DNA of 63,135 nucleotides, the filler included, from Sphingomonadaceae bacterium (lineage in GTDB: Bacteria; Chloroflexota; UBA6077), in NCBI GenBank assembly GCA_050261575.1. It is 3 parts of 3 records of this genome, joined end to end, with 100 filler letters (N's around TTAATTAATTAA, not from the genome) between each part and the next. Parts side by side here need not be neighbours in the genome. Positions count along the whole stretch, not along the records: positions 29,026 to 59,705 come from JBLNDL010000052.1; 2 more parts are not named here. The stretch is one strand, 5' to 3'. Within the stretch, counting starts at the first letter, position 1. Every line of letters starts with the position of its first letter. Position numbers and translations under genes: made by a program. Shown one piece after another: positions 33,427 to 42,094 of the stretch. The notes beneath the pieces were generated by a model, which did no database searches, was not told where the DNA came from, and worked only from the letters and a program-made list of their open reading frames with translations.

Positions 33427-34334
33427 GGATTGCCTTGATTGGGCAGGCGGCCTTCGGCGAGAAGGTTCTCGAGGCTCTCCTGAAGGAGGGCGAGAAGGTA
33501 GTCGTGGTCTACTGCCCGCCGGACGCCCCCAATGGCCGGAAGGACCCCCTGGGAGAGCTAGCCGAGAAGAACGACATCCCCGTCAGGAAGCCGGCGCGAA
33601 TGCGCAATCCCGAGGTCTTCGAGGACTACAAGACCTTCGCCCCCGAACTCAACGTCATGGCGTTCGTCACCGACATCGTACCCATGACGATGATCGATTA
33701 CCCCAAGCTTGGCACCATCCAGTACCACCCGTCCCTCCTGCCCAGGCACCGGGGTGGCAGCGCCATCAACTGGGCGGTAATCAACGGCGAGCAGGAGACG
33801 GGTCTCAGCATCTTCTGGCCGGACGATGGCCTGGACACCGGCCCGATCCTGATGCAGAAGAAGGTCACCATCGAGCCCGACGACACCCTGGGCAGCGTCT
33901 ACTTCAACAAGCTCTTCCCGCTGGGCGTCGAGGCGATGGTCGAGTCGGTGAAGCTGGTTAAAGAGGGTAAGGCGCCCAAGATCGCCCAGGACCTCACCCA
34001 GGGCGAGTACGAACCCCTCTGCAAGAAGATGAGCATCGATTGGTTCTACCCGGTCAACGTCGTCTACAACGTGATCCGAGGCTGCAACCCATCGCCTGGC
34101 GCCAGCACCAGCTACAAGGGCGCGCCCCTCAAGATCTTCGACTGCGAGAAGCGGAGTGTCAGCGGCAAGGATGCCCCCGGCACGGTGCTGGAGATCAACG
34201 ATGACGGCTTCCTCGTGGCCGCTTCCGGCGGAAGCATCTTCGTCAAGAGGGTTCAGCCGCAGGGTTCCGCGAAGGTGAAGGCGGCGGAGTTTGTGGCCGC
34301 TTCCGGTCTGCAGGTAGGCGACAAGCTGGGGTAG
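33423..34334 (+). CDS. Formyltransferase family protein resembling the N-terminal hydrolase domain of 10-formyl-THF dehydrogenase (ALDH1L1)
   Basis: MRIALIGQ..FG, DPLG, ELNV, YHPSLLPRHRGGSAINW, SIFWPDDGLDTG, LFPLG. These match ALDH1L1-Nt as I recall it better than canonical Fmt (GTPEFA, NVHASLLP). Confidence 0.8.
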   Translation: MRIALIGQAAFGEKVLEALLKEGEKVVVVYCPPDAPNGRKDPLGELAEKNDIPVRKPARMRNPEVFEDYKTFAPELNVMAFVTDIVPMTMIDYPKLGTIQYHPSLLPRHRGGSAINWAVINGEQETGLSIFWPDDGLDTGPILMQKKVTIEPDDTLGSVYFNKLFPLGVEAMVESVKLVKEGKAPKIAQDLTQGEYEPLCKKMSIDWFYPVNVVYNVIRGCNPSPGASTSYKGAPLKIFDCEKRSVSGKDAPGTVLEINDDGFLVAASGGSIFVKRVQPQGSAKVKAAEFVAASGLQVGDKLG

Positions 34335-34530
34335 GCAGCCTTCGGCGTTCGGCCGTCAGCCATGAGCCGTCGGCCCCAGACCTGGCAGCGCGGCCAGCGG
34401 CACGTCGAAGCTGACAGCCGATAGCTGATTGCCAAAGGAAGGGAGGTGGCCGATTCCCGATCCGTTTCGTGTACTACCAATAGCAGAGAGCAGCAAGCTC
34501 GCTACATCGAGGAGGAGGCAGTAGTAAAGA

Positions 34531-35106
34531 ATGGCTGGAGATCTTTACGAGGTTCGCTGGCATGCGCGCGGCGGCCAGGGTGCGGTGACGGCATCCCGCT
34601 TCCTGTCGGCTTCGGCAAGCCGCGAGAACAAGCACTTCCAGGGCTTCCCCGAGTTCGGCACCGAGCGCATGGGTGCCCCTATCCAGGCGTTCACCCGACT
34701 GAGCAGCCATCGCATCTTCACCCACGAGCAGGTCCAGAACCCCGATGCCGTCGTGGTGCTGGATCCCACCCTGCTGGAGACCGTGGATGTCACCGCCGGC
34801 CTCAAGCCGGGCGGCCCGCTGATCATCAACTCCGACATGCCAGTCAGCGAGTTGAAGAAGCAGTTGAAGCCCGGCGACTACAAGCTGTACACCGTGGACG
34901 CCACGAAGATCGCCACCGAGTGCGTCGGCCGACCCATCACCAACACGGCCATGGTGGGCGCGTTGGTGAAGGTGGTAGGGCTGATCGACTTCGAGAACGT
35001 GAAGGCTGAGCTGATCAGCATGTTCGGCACCCGCTTCAAGAAGTCGGTGGTCGAGGGCAACGTCAAGGCGCTGGAGAGGGCCTACGAGGAGGTAAAGGGC
35101 GAATGA
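34531..35106 (+). CDS. 2-oxoacid:ferredoxin oxidoreductase gamma subunit
   Basis: WHARGGQGAVTA, FPEFGTERMGAP, VVLDPTL, NTAMVGAL. Confidence 0.92.
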   Translation: MAGDLYEVRWHARGGQGAVTASRFLSASASRENKHFQGFPEFGTERMGAPIQAFTRLSSHRIFTHEQVQNPDAVVVLDPTLLETVDVTAGLKPGGPLIINSDMPVSELKKQLKPGDYKLYTVDATKIATECVGRPITNTAMVGALVKVVGLIDFENVKAELISMFGTRFKKSVVEGNVKALERAYEEVKGE

Positions 35107-35456
35107 GCAAGATCCACGAGGTAAAGCCGGGTACATTCCCCACTGTCGACGAGATACCGCTGGGTGGGATCATCCCCAGCAACGGCAACGGTGTGTTCAA
35201 CAAGACCGGCAACTGGCGAACCCAGCGCCCGATCTTCAACGCTTCCGTCTGCACCAACTGCCTGCTCTGCTGGCTCCACTGCCCCGACGATTCCATCCTG
35301 TTGGAGGACGGGAAGGTAGTGGGGATCGACGCCGATCACTGCAAGGGTTGCGGCATCTGCGCCGCCGAGTGCGGCTCCAAGCCGGTGAAGGCGATCACCA
35401 TGGAGCAGGGCGGCCGCTATCAGCCCAACGAGACCTTCGCCAGGCATACACTGTAA
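35103..35456 (+). CDS. 2-oxoacid:ferredoxin oxidoreductase delta (2x[4Fe-4S]) subunit
   Basis: TGNWRTQRP, CTNCLLCWLHCP, CKGCGICAAEC. Confidence 0.92.
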   Translation: MSKIHEVKPGTFPTVDEIPLGGIIPSNGNGVFNKTGNWRTQRPIFNASVCTNCLLCWLHCPDDSILLEDGKVVGIDADHCKGCGICAAECGSKPVKAITMEQGGRYQPNETFARHTL

Positions 35457-35468
35457 GGAGATCGAGGG

Positions 35469-36671
35469 ATGACGATTACTGAGAAGCCCGTACGAAAGGT
35501 TGTTGGTCTCACCGGTGACGGGGCTGCCGCCGACGCGATGATGCAGATCAACCCGGACCAGGTAGCGGCCTACCCGATCACCCCGCAGACCGAGATCGTC
35601 GAGCGGTTCGCCGAGTACGTGGCGAACGGGGAAGTCGACACCGAGTTCGTGGCCGTCGAGAGCGAGCACAGCGCCCTCTCCGCCTGCTGCGGTGGCTCTG
35701 CCGCCGGCGGCCGGGTGATGACCTGCACCTCCTCCCAGGGTCTCGCCCTGATGCACGAGGAGCTGTTCATCGCCTCCGGCAACCGGCTGCCCATCGTCAT
35801 GCCGATGGTCAACCGAACGCTGAGCGCCCCCATCAACATCCACGGGGATCACTCCGACTCGATGGCCTCCCGCGACGCGGGCTGGATCCAGCTCTTCTGC
35901 GCGGACGCCCAGGAGGTGTACGACACCACCATTATGGCGGTCAGGATCGCCGAGCATCCCGAGGTGAGCCTGCCGGTCATGGTCTGCTTCGACGGCTTCA
36001 GCGTCTCCCACGACATGGAGCGGGTGGAGATGCTGGACAAGGCCGAGGTCCAGTCCTTCGTCGGCGAGTACAAACCGCAGATCAACATGCTGGATCCGGA
36101 GAACCCGATCACCATCGGCTCCCTGGTCCTTCCCCCCTTCTTCTTCGAGCACAAGGTGTCGATGATCAAGGCCCTAGAGGGCTCCATCAAGGTCATCGAG
36201 TCGGTGTTCAACGAGTTCGCGGCCTTGAGCGGCCGGCCTCAGCCCATCGTCGAGAGCTACGGCATGGAGGACGCGGAAGTAGCCGTGGTCGCACTCTCCG
36301 GCATCGGCGGGACCGCGCAGTGGACCGCGATGCAGTTGCGTGAGCAGGGGATCAAGGCCGGCGTGGTGCGGCCTCGAGTCTACCGCCCCTTCCCCGCGCA
36401 GCCGATCGTCGATCTGCTGAAGAAGGTCAAGGCCGTGGCCGTGGTGGAGCGGGCCACCGCCCCCGGTGCCCCCGCCTCCCCGATCTTCGAGGACCTGGCC
36501 GCGGCGATGTACGACCTGCCGGTCCGCCCCAGGATGGTCAACTACGTGACTGGCCTGGGTGGCCGCGACACCTCCTCCGCTCAGTTCACCGCTGTCTTCA
36601 ACCGGCTGCAGGGCCTCGCCAAGGGCGAGTCGCTGGGTCCGGTTGTCAGCTATCTCGGCGCACGGGAATAG
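35469..36671 (+). CDS. 2-oxoacid:ferredoxin oxidoreductase alpha subunit
   Basis: AAYPITPQT, VESEHSA, TSSQGL, NRTLSAPINIHGDHSD, YRPFP, GLGGRD. Confidence 0.93.
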   Translation: MTITEKPVRKVVGLTGDGAAADAMMQINPDQVAAYPITPQTEIVERFAEYVANGEVDTEFVAVESEHSALSACCGGSAAGGRVMTCTSSQGLALMHEELFIASGNRLPIVMPMVNRTLSAPINIHGDHSDSMASRDAGWIQLFCADAQEVYDTTIMAVRIAEHPEVSLPVMVCFDGFSVSHDMERVEMLDKAEVQSFVGEYKPQINMLDPENPITIGSLVLPPFFFEHKVSMIKALEGSIKVIESVFNEFAALSGRPQPIVESYGMEDAEVAVVALSGIGGTAQWTAMQLREQGIKAGVVRPRVYRPFPAQPIVDLLKKVKAVAVVERATAPGAPASPIFEDLAAAMYDLPVRPRMVNYVTGLGGRDTSSAQFTAVFNRLQGLAKGESLGPVVSYLGARE

Positions 36672-36683
36672 GAGAGATAGACG

Positions 36684-37616
36684 ATGGCAATAAACCTGAA
36701 AGAGCTCGCCAAGAAGGAAGTCAAGTTCACCTCCGGCCACCGGCTCTGCACCGGCTGCGGCCCGGCGATCATCGCCAAGTGGACGATGCTCGCGGCGGCG
36801 GACTACAACGTCGCCATGAGCAGCGCCACCTGCTGCGTCGAGATCTCCAGCGCCGTCTTCCCCTTCACTAGCTGGAAGGTGTCGTGGTACCACAACGCCT
36901 TCGAGAACGCCGGCGCCGTGATCGGCGGCATCGAGGCCACCTACAAGGCCTTGAAGCGGAAGGGCAAGATCGACAAGGACTTCAAGTTCATCGCCATGGG
37001 CGGTGACGGTGGCACCTACGACATCGGCTTCCAGTCGCTCTCCGGCATGGCCGAGCGGGGCCACAACTGCCTGTACATCTGCTACGACAACAACGCCTAC
37101 ATGAACACCGGTATCCAGCGCTCCGGCGCCACGCCGAAGTACGCCTGGACTACCACATCCTACGTCGGCGACGCCTACCAGGGTAAGCAGCAGCGGCGGA
37201 AGGACCTGGTGTCCATCATGGCCGCCCACGACATCCCCTACGTCGCCCAGGCCAGCATCGGCTACTGGCGCGACTACATGAACAAGGTGCAGAAGGCACT
37301 GGAGACCCCTGGGCCTTCCTTCATCGCGGTCTACGCCCCCTGCTTCCGCGGTTGGCGCGCCGAGACCGACCAGACCGTCGAGCTGGGTCGGCTGGCCGTC
37401 CAGTCACGGTACTGGCCGCTCTTCGAGGTCGTCGATGGCAAGTGGAAGATGACCTACGAGCCCAGGGAGACCAAGCCGCTGGCGGACTTCCTGAAGCCCC
37501 AGGGCCGCTTCAGCCACCTGTTCAAGCCCGGCTACGAACACCTGATGGAGGACTTCCAGAAGGAAGTGGACTGGAAGTGGGATCAGTTGCAGAGGCGCAT
37601 CGCCGCTTCCGCGTAG
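36684..37616 (+). CDS. 2-oxoacid:ferredoxin oxidoreductase beta (TPP-binding) subunit
   Basis: GHRLCTGCG, AFEN, GGDGGTYDIG, YDNNAYMNTGIQRS, PC, QGRFSHL. Confidence 0.93.
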   Translation: MAINLKELAKKEVKFTSGHRLCTGCGPAIIAKWTMLAAADYNVAMSSATCCVEISSAVFPFTSWKVSWYHNAFENAGAVIGGIEATYKALKRKGKIDKDFKFIAMGGDGGTYDIGFQSLSGMAERGHNCLYICYDNNAYMNTGIQRSGATPKYAWTTTSYVGDAYQGKQQRRKDLVSIMAAHDIPYVAQASIGYWRDYMNKVQKALETPGPSFIAVYAPCFRGWRAETDQTVELGRLAVQSRYWPLFEVVDGKWKMTYEPRETKPLADFLKPQGRFSHLFKPGYEHLMEDFQKEVDWKWDQLQRRIAASA

Positions 37617-37641
37617 CAGACCGCTTCTCCGATCGGGAGGA

Positions 37642-37665
37642 GGCGGGGTTGCCCCCAACCCCGCC
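37642..37665 (+). terminator. GC-rich hairpin after the oxidoreductase beta gene
   Basis: GGCGGGGTTG/CAACCCCGCC stem; no U-tract, so it may be a stabiliser instead. Confidence 0.35.
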
Positions 37666-37858
37666 CGCTCCTCCGCGTCAGAACCGAGTCGTCGGGGTAC
37701 TGGCTGAGCTGGGTTTCTGGTAGCGATGACGGGGCGTCGTGGCATTCAGGATAGGATGCGGCGGCGCCCCGTTGCCATCGAGCCATCGACTATCGGGTGT
37801 CGGCCGCTGCGGATAGCTGACTGTTGATAGCCGATGGCTCTAGTAAGGAGGCCAGACG

Positions 37859-39262
37859 GTGATACGGCAGCAACTACTGGAAGAGCTGTCCCAGATCGTC
37901 GGCAAAGAGGACGTTCTCACCTCTCGTCGAGACTTGTTGGTGTACGAGTACGATTCCACGCCGGATCTCTTCGAGCCCGAAGTGGTGGTATTCCCCGCCA
38001 ATGCCGCCGAGGCCTCCGCAGTGATGCGGCTGGCCGAGAGGGAAGGGTTGACCGTGGTCCCGAGGGGTGCGGGCACCAACCTGTCCGGTGGCACTCTCGC
38101 CCTCAAGGGCGGGATCGTCATCGGGTGCACCCGGATGAAGCGGGTGCTGGAGGTCGACACGGCCAACGAGCGTGCGGTGGTGGAGCCTGGCGTCATCAAC
38201 CTGGATCTTCAGAACCTGCTCGCCCCCATGGGCTACCTGTACGCGCCCGACCCTGCGAGCCAGAAGGTATCCACCATGGGAGGCAACGTCGGCGAGAACT
38301 CCGGCGGCCCCCACTGCCTCAAGTACGGCGTCACCACCAATCACGTGTACGGGCTCGAACTGGTGCTACCCGATGGCAAAGTGATCCACACCGGCGGCCC
38401 GTGCGAGGATAACCCAGGCTACGACCTGACCGGCATCGTCGTGGGCTCCGAAGGCACTTTCGGTTTCGTCACCTCCATGACCCTCCGCCTCATGCGGGTT
38501 CCCGAGGCGATCAAGACGATGCTGGCCATCTTCGACACCCTGGAGGACTCCGGAAACGCCGTGTCGGACATCATAGCCGACGGCATCCTCCCGGCGACCC
38601 TGGAGATCATGGACAAGACCGTCACCTGGGCGGTCGAGGAGAGCACCCACGCGGGATATCCACTGGATGCCGAGGGCATCCTGATCATCGAACTGGACGG
38701 GCTGAAGGATGGGCAGGACAGGCAGGCCGAGAGGATCGTGGAGATCTGCAAGAAGAACCACGTCCGCGACATCAAGGTCGCCCAGAGCGATGCGGAGCGC
38801 AACATCCTGTGGGCCGGCCGCCGAGGGGCCTTCGGCGCCGTCGCCCGCGTGGCGCCCATGTACTCCGTGCAGGACGGTACCGTCCCCCGCACCAAGCTCT
38901 CCGAGACGATGCTGAAGGTGGTGGAGATCGCCAAGAAGCACAACGTGAAGGTCGGAACCGTCGCCCACGCCGGCGACGGCAACCTGCACCCGCTGATCAT
39001 GTACAACCCCAAGGACAAGGAGGAGATCAAGCGGGTGCACGAGGCCGGCCTCGAGATCCTGAAGCTGTGTGTCGACATGGGCGGCACCCTCACCGGCGAA
39101 CACGGCATCGGGATCGAGAAGCAGGGATCCATGCCGCTGGTCTTCAACGAGGCCGAGGTGGAGACCATGGCGCGGGTCAAGAAAGCCTTCGACCCCAACA
39201 ACCGGTTCAACCCGGATAAGATCCTGCCCCTGAAGAAGGTAGCCGAAGGAGTGGGGGTGTAG
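37859..39262 (+). CDS. glcD: Glycolate oxidase/dehydrogenase FAD subunit (GlcD family)
   Basis: PRGAGTNLSGG, YAPDPASQ, GGNVGENSGGPHCLKYGVT, GSEGT, HAGDGNLHP, GEHGIG. Confidence 0.9.
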   Translation: MIRQQLLEELSQIVGKEDVLTSRRDLLVYEYDSTPDLFEPEVVVFPANAAEASAVMRLAEREGLTVVPRGAGTNLSGGTLALKGGIVIGCTRMKRVLEVDTANERAVVEPGVINLDLQNLLAPMGYLYAPDPASQKVSTMGGNVGENSGGPHCLKYGVTTNHVYGLELVLPDGKVIHTGGPCEDNPGYDLTGIVVGSEGTFGFVTSMTLRLMRVPEAIKTMLAIFDTLEDSGNAVSDIIADGILPATLEIMDKTVTWAVEESTHAGYPLDAEGILIIELDGLKDGQDRQAERIVEICKKNHVRDIKVAQSDAERNILWAGRRGAFGAVARVAPMYSVQDGTVPRTKLSETMLKVVEIAKKHNVKVGTVAHAGDGNLHPLIMYNPKDKEEIKRVHEAGLEILKLCVDMGGTLTGEHGIGIEKQGSMPLVFNEAEVETMARVKKAFDPNNRFNPDKILPLKKVAEGVGV

Positions 39263-39264
39263 CG

Positions 39265-40623
39265 ATGACGCTGGCAACTGAAAGGCTAGAGGCAACCCGC
39301 AAGCGGCTGGCCGAGATCGTCGGGCCGACGGGCGTCCTGGTCGACGATCAGGCGGCCGCGTTCTCGGCCCATGGAGAGGCGCCCGTCGCGGTGGCGCTAC
39401 CCACCGAGGAGGGTCAGGTCGCGGAGGTGGCTCGCCTGGCCTCCGCCGAGGGGGTCCCGGTCGTGGCGTGGGGCAGCGGCACCAAACAGGACATCGAGCC
39501 GGTGCAGCCAAGGGAGGGGATCGTCCTCGGATTGGGCCAGTTGAACGGCACACTGGAGCTGGACGCCGCGAACCTCACGGTAACCGTCGGCGCAGGCAAG
39601 GTGGTGGACGACCTCCAGCGGGAGCTGGCGGAGGTGAAGCTCTTCCTGCCGCTGGACCCTGTGGACTCCGCGCGAGCGACCATCGGCGGAACCCTCGCCA
39701 CAAACAGCAGCGGCCCCAACCGCCTGCTGTACAGAACTGCCAGAGACATGGTGCTCGGTTTGAGGGTCGTCACGCCCACCGGCGACGTGATTCGCGTGGG
39801 CGGGAAGACCGTCAAGGACGTCGCTGGCTACGACATGAAGAAGCTGTACATCGGCTCGTGGGGCACGCTGGGGGCCATCACCGCGGCCACTTTCCGGCTG
39901 CTGCCGCTCCCCGAAGCCAGCGCCACCGTGGTCATGGTATTCCCGCAGCTATCCAGTGGTTGCTCGATGGTATCCGACATTCTGGCCTCCTTCATGAGAC
40001 CCTCCACAGCGGAGCTGGTGAGCTACGGCGCGATGCCCGCCCCCGTGCAGGAGGTTTTCAGCCTAAGGTCCGGCGAGTACCTCCTGCTGGTGCAGGTGGA
40101 GGGCGCCGTGGAGGCGGTGGAACGGCAGAAGAGGGAACTGGCCGAGCTGGCGGGGAAGAACGGCGCGCGCGAGGTCTCCCCCCTGGAAAAGGGCGAGGAG
40201 AAGGAGCTGTGGAGCTACCGCAAGGAGGTCTTCGGCACGTTGCCGGCGGACGCGGCCGCGATGGTGATGAAGGGCTCCGTGCTGTTGAAGAGGGTCGGCG
40301 ACTTCACAGGCGCGTTGATGAGCATGCAGGAGCAGGGTCTCCAGACCTCCTTCGCATCCCACGCCGGAAACGGCATCGTCTACGCCCTGTTGGCGGCCGA
40401 GCCCGGCGGAGAGGAGAAGCTGATATCGGCGGCCGGGAGGCTGCAGCAGGTCGCCACCCAGTGCGGCGGCTTCGCCCTGGTCCAGAAGGCCCCTCGCAGC
40501 GTGGTAGAGAAGGTGCGGTTGTGGCCGCCCAGGGACGACTACGGGCTGATGAGGGAGATCAAGGCTCAACTGGACCCCAACAACCTGTGGAATCCAGCGC
40601 GGATCCCCGGAGGGAGGGTGTAG
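39265..40623 (+). CDS. glcE: Glycolate oxidase FAD-binding subunit (GlcE family)
   Basis: ATIGGTLATNSSGP, GGKTVKDVAGYDMKKLYIGSWGTLG, LDPNNLWNP. Confidence 0.87.
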   Translation: MTLATERLEATRKRLAEIVGPTGVLVDDQAAAFSAHGEAPVAVALPTEEGQVAEVARLASAEGVPVVAWGSGTKQDIEPVQPREGIVLGLGQLNGTLELDAANLTVTVGAGKVVDDLQRELAEVKLFLPLDPVDSARATIGGTLATNSSGPNRLLYRTARDMVLGLRVVTPTGDVIRVGGKTVKDVAGYDMKKLYIGSWGTLGAITAATFRLLPLPEASATVVMVFPQLSSGCSMVSDILASFMRPSTAELVSYGAMPAPVQEVFSLRSGEYLLLVQVEGAVEAVERQKRELAELAGKNGAREVSPLEKGEEKELWSYRKEVFGTLPADAAAMVMKGSVLLKRVGDFTGALMSMQEQGLQTSFASHAGNGIVYALLAAEPGGEEKLISAAGRLQQVATQCGGFALVQKAPRSVVEKVRLWPPRDDYGLMREIKAQLDPNNLWNPARIPGGRV

Positions 40624-41913
40624 ATGGCTACGGGAACCGGTGCACAGAGCAAGACGGCGTCCGCCCTGTCTCAAATGGTGGAGAAGTGCAACCGCTGCGG
40701 CTTCTGCCAGGCGGGCTGCCCCACCTACAAAGTCACCGGCCTCGAGTGGCAGGTGTCCCGGGGCCGAGTAGCGCTGGTGAGGGACATCCTGGATGGCCGT
40801 ATCGACCTGCTGGAGGAGGACATCCGCGAGGCCCTGGGCACCTGCCTCCGCTGTGGCGGATGCACCACCCACTGCCCCCCTCAGGTCCCAACCCCTGAGA
40901 TCGTGGACAAGGCGATCGAGGAGTTGGCGCGGCTGAAGGGCCAACCCTGGGTCCAGCGTGTGATCTTCCGGAACCTGCTGCCGAATCCCGGGTTGCTGAG
41001 CACAGCAGGGAAGGCGATCTGGCTGGGTCAGGTCACCGGAGCGCAGGCGGCGGCCAAGGGACTCGGGATCACCAAGGTCCTCGGGAAGGACCCCCACAGG
41101 GCCCAGGACAACCTGCCCAGGGTGCCCTCCAAGAACGCCCGCCAGATGCTGCCCTCCATGATGCGTCCGGTGCCGGATCGAAGGTACCGAGTGGCGTACT
41201 TCATGGGCTGCGCCACCAACCTGCTCTATCCGGAGGTCGCGGCCTCCATGCTCCGGGTGCTGTACGCGAACAGCACCGAGGTGCTGCTTCCAGAGGTGGT
41301 GGACTGCGGCAAGCCGCCGATGGTGTACGGCGACCTGGAGGCGGCCCGCGACCTGGCGAGGATGAACATCGACGCCCTTTACGGCCTCGACGTGGACGCT
41401 GTCGTCACCGACTGCGCGACCTGCGGCTCCTTCCTCAAAGAGTACGGCAAGCTGATGGCAGAGGACGCGCAGTACGCCGCCAAGGCCAAGGCGGTGTCCG
41501 CCAAGGTGAAGGACATCAGCGAATTCCTCGACGGCATCCAGCTCAACGACGAGATGGGAGAGGTGAAGAGCAAGATCACCTACCACGATCCGTGCCATCT
41601 GGTGCGGTTCCAGAAGGTGAGCGCGCAGCCACGGAAGCTGCTGAAGGGCATTCCCGGCCTCGAGTTCAAGGAGATGGCCGAGGCGGACATGTGCTGCGGC
41701 GGGGCCGGCTCCTTCTCCCTGACCCACTTCGATCTGTCGCAGCAGGTGCTCGAAAGGAAGATGGGGAACGCCTCCAAGACTGGGGCGGCCTACGTGGCAA
41801 CGGGATGCCCGGCCTGCATGATGCAGCTCTCCGCAGGCGTCCGCAAGGAGGGCATGCAGGCGGAGGTCATCCACACGATCCAGTTGCTGGACCGGGCCTA
41901 CCAGGCGAAGTAG
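40624..41913 (+). CDS. glcF: Glycolate oxidase iron-sulfur subunit (GlcF family)
   Basis: CNRCGFCQAGCPTY, CLRCGGCTTHCP, YFMGC, YHDPCH, CCGGAG, CPACMMQ. Confidence 0.87.
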   Translation: MATGTGAQSKTASALSQMVEKCNRCGFCQAGCPTYKVTGLEWQVSRGRVALVRDILDGRIDLLEEDIREALGTCLRCGGCTTHCPPQVPTPEIVDKAIEELARLKGQPWVQRVIFRNLLPNPGLLSTAGKAIWLGQVTGAQAAAKGLGITKVLGKDPHRAQDNLPRVPSKNARQMLPSMMRPVPDRRYRVAYFMGCATNLLYPEVAASMLRVLYANSTEVLLPEVVDCGKPPMVYGDLEAARDLARMNIDALYGLDVDAVVTDCATCGSFLKEYGKLMAEDAQYAAKAKAVSAKVKDISEFLDGIQLNDEMGEVKSKITYHDPCHLVRFQKVSAQPRKLLKGIPGLEFKEMAEADMCCGGAGSFSLTHFDLSQQVLERKMGNASKTGAAYVATGCPACMMQLSAGVRKEGMQAEVIHTIQLLDRAYQAK

Positions 41914-41914
41914 G

Positions 41915-41970
41915 CGCGGGGGCGCGGCGAGGGCATCCCCCCTCCGAGTCCCCCTCGCCGCGCCCCCGCG
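41915..41970 (+). terminator. 19-bp perfect inverted repeat after glcF
   Basis: CGCGGGGGCGCGGCGAGGG / CCCTCGCCGCGCCCCCGCG; no U-tract. Confidence 0.5.
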
Positions 41971-41979
41971 AAGGTGACA

Positions 41980-42008
41980 TTGACGGCTTAGGAGCCTTTG
42001 TGTAGACT
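41980..42008 (+). promoter_or_regulatory. Sigma70-type promoter of fhs
   Basis: TTGACG-N17-TAGACT. Confidence 0.65.
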
Positions 42009-42094
42009 CTGAGGCGATCTTCAACCCTGCGCACTATCAGCCACGCAAAGATCGCCCCAGCTTCGTTCATCAACTTGTGGGAGGTTGTGGTACT

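Noticed and set aside
33423..34334. Canonical methionyl-tRNA formyltransferase (fmt)
   Set aside because: Lacks the GTPxFA motif, has no def/rsmB context, and sits in a catabolic operon.
34531..37616. Oxalate oxidoreductase assignment
   Set aside because: Alpha has YPITP rather than the Arg variant, and gamma and delta are separate subunits.
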